A stretch of 63,080 bases of DNA, the filler included, from Octopus bimaculoides (lineage: Eukaryota), in the NCBI RefSeq assembly GCF_001194135.2. It is 6 parts of 5 records of this genome, joined end to end, with 100 filler letters (N's around TTAATTAATTAA, not from the genome) between each part and the next. Parts side by side here need not be neighbours in the genome. Positions count along the whole stretch, not along the records: positions 57,129 to 63,080 come from NW_026295567.1; 5 more parts are not named here. One strand, 5' to 3'. Below, in pieces: positions 61,891 to 63,080 of the stretch (the stretch's first letter is position 1; every line of letters begins with the position of its first letter). A program made the position numbers and the translations under genes. The notes beneath the pieces are model-generated. The model made no database searches. It saw only the letters and a program-made list of their open reading frames with translations, and was not told where the DNA came from.

Positions 61891-62525
61891 AATATATACA
61901 TAATGTATATATAATGTACACATTCACTAGCTTTCTTACAAAAGGGTTTAATGCTCTTAAACTTTTCGGGGGGCAACCAGACCAAACTGTTTCAAGTGTA
62001 ACTGCCTGAAACGGTTGTGACTTCTCCCCATCTCTCATCTTCTCCGTCATCTTGTTATTCCTTTCCACCACCTCCTCCCTTACTACTGCTGTCTAGAATA
62101 ACACCTACGCAAACATTATAAACAATACAGTTCACTAAGTCCACCAACAGGTCAATGTCAGGACACCCAACCAATCAACACCACTACTACTATCATAGGA
62201 GTCCTCCTTCGAACCCACAAGAGTTAACAAGTGAGACAGAGATAGGCAAAAGCAAGAAAAATGCCGCTGTTACTTGAATACTATACACATATGTCTTTAA
62301 AAAGACTTTTCTTTTCAATTTACCAAAATTTAATTTTTCAATAATTTTTCATAAATCTATTATTCATATTTACTGTTGAAAAGATCTTAAGGATTGAAAC
62401 CGGTTCTGTAATGTTCGTTATAAAAGTATTTTAGCATTTTCTACTTTGTCTTTTTTCCCTATATATATATATATTTATTTATTTATTTATTTATGTGTTT
62501 CAGCCAAGTGGCTGCGGTCATGCTG

Positions 62526-62565
<40 letters not shown>

Positions 62566-62574
62566 TCTCTCTTT

Positions 62575-62783
62575 CTCTCTTTTCTTTGTTTCAGTCATTT
62601 GACTGCGGCAATGCTGGAGCACCGCCTTTAGCCCAGAAAATCGACACCAGGACTTATTCTTTGTAAGCCCAGCACTTATTCTACCGGTCTCTTTTTGCCG
62701 AACCGCTAAGTTACGGGGACGTAAACATACCAGCATCGGTGGTCAAGCGATGGTGGGGGGACAAACACAGACAAACAAACACA

Positions 62784-62821
<38 letters not shown>

Positions 62822-62992
62822 CATATATATGACGGGCTTCTTTCAGTTTCCGTCTACCAAATTCACTCACAAGCTTTGGTCGGCCTGAAGTTATAGTAGA
62901 AGACACTGGCCCCAGGTGCCACGCAGTGGGATTGAATCCAGGACCATGTGGTTGCTAAGCAAGCTACTTACCACACAGCCACTCTTGCGCCT
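62575..62992 (-). mobile_element. SINE family B, full length
   Basis: Head AGGCGCAAGAGTGGCTGTGTGGTAAGTAGC...GGATTCAATCCCACTG, internal (TA)n, tail GACTGAAACAAAG. Confidence 0.88.
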
Positions 62993-63080
62993 ATATATAT
63001 AATGTATCTGCTTTAGATACAAATAATTGCAGCTGTTAGATCAGGTAATGAAAGTCACGGACAGGGTCATAGCCCAACTA

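Overview
Eukaryotic, AT-rich, microsatellite- and gap-rich scaffold. The repeat families suggest an octopus or other coleoid cephalopod genome (inference from recalled repeat families). The only clearly supported host gene is the 5' part of EFR3 (plasma-membrane PI4KA scaffold; Drosophila stmA/cmp44E) on the minus strand, 751-16275. It has seven core exons with GT-AG sites and consistent phases, a candidate first coding exon, and a 45-nt cassette-like exon; the gene continues off the left edge. The rest is mobile DNA: tRNA-derived SINEs, RTE and R4/Dong-type LINE remnants, mariner and hAT (Buster-type) elements, fold-back MITEs and two Penelope-like (GIY-YIG) elements. The most notable signal is a set of sequence-unrelated minimal type-I hammerhead ribozyme motifs (CTGATGA...GAAA with palindromic stem/loop III) at about 16.7, 24.7, 34.4 and 52.4 kb. 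One sits inside a 2-kb RT-less GIY-YIG element bounded by 226-bp inverted repeats whose inner ends fall at the ribozyme core. A CpG-rich island at 22.7-22.9 kb has an HDV-like ribozyme layout, or is alternatively a first exon/promoter of EFR3. All folds were read by eye. SINE and LINE boundaries are approximate.
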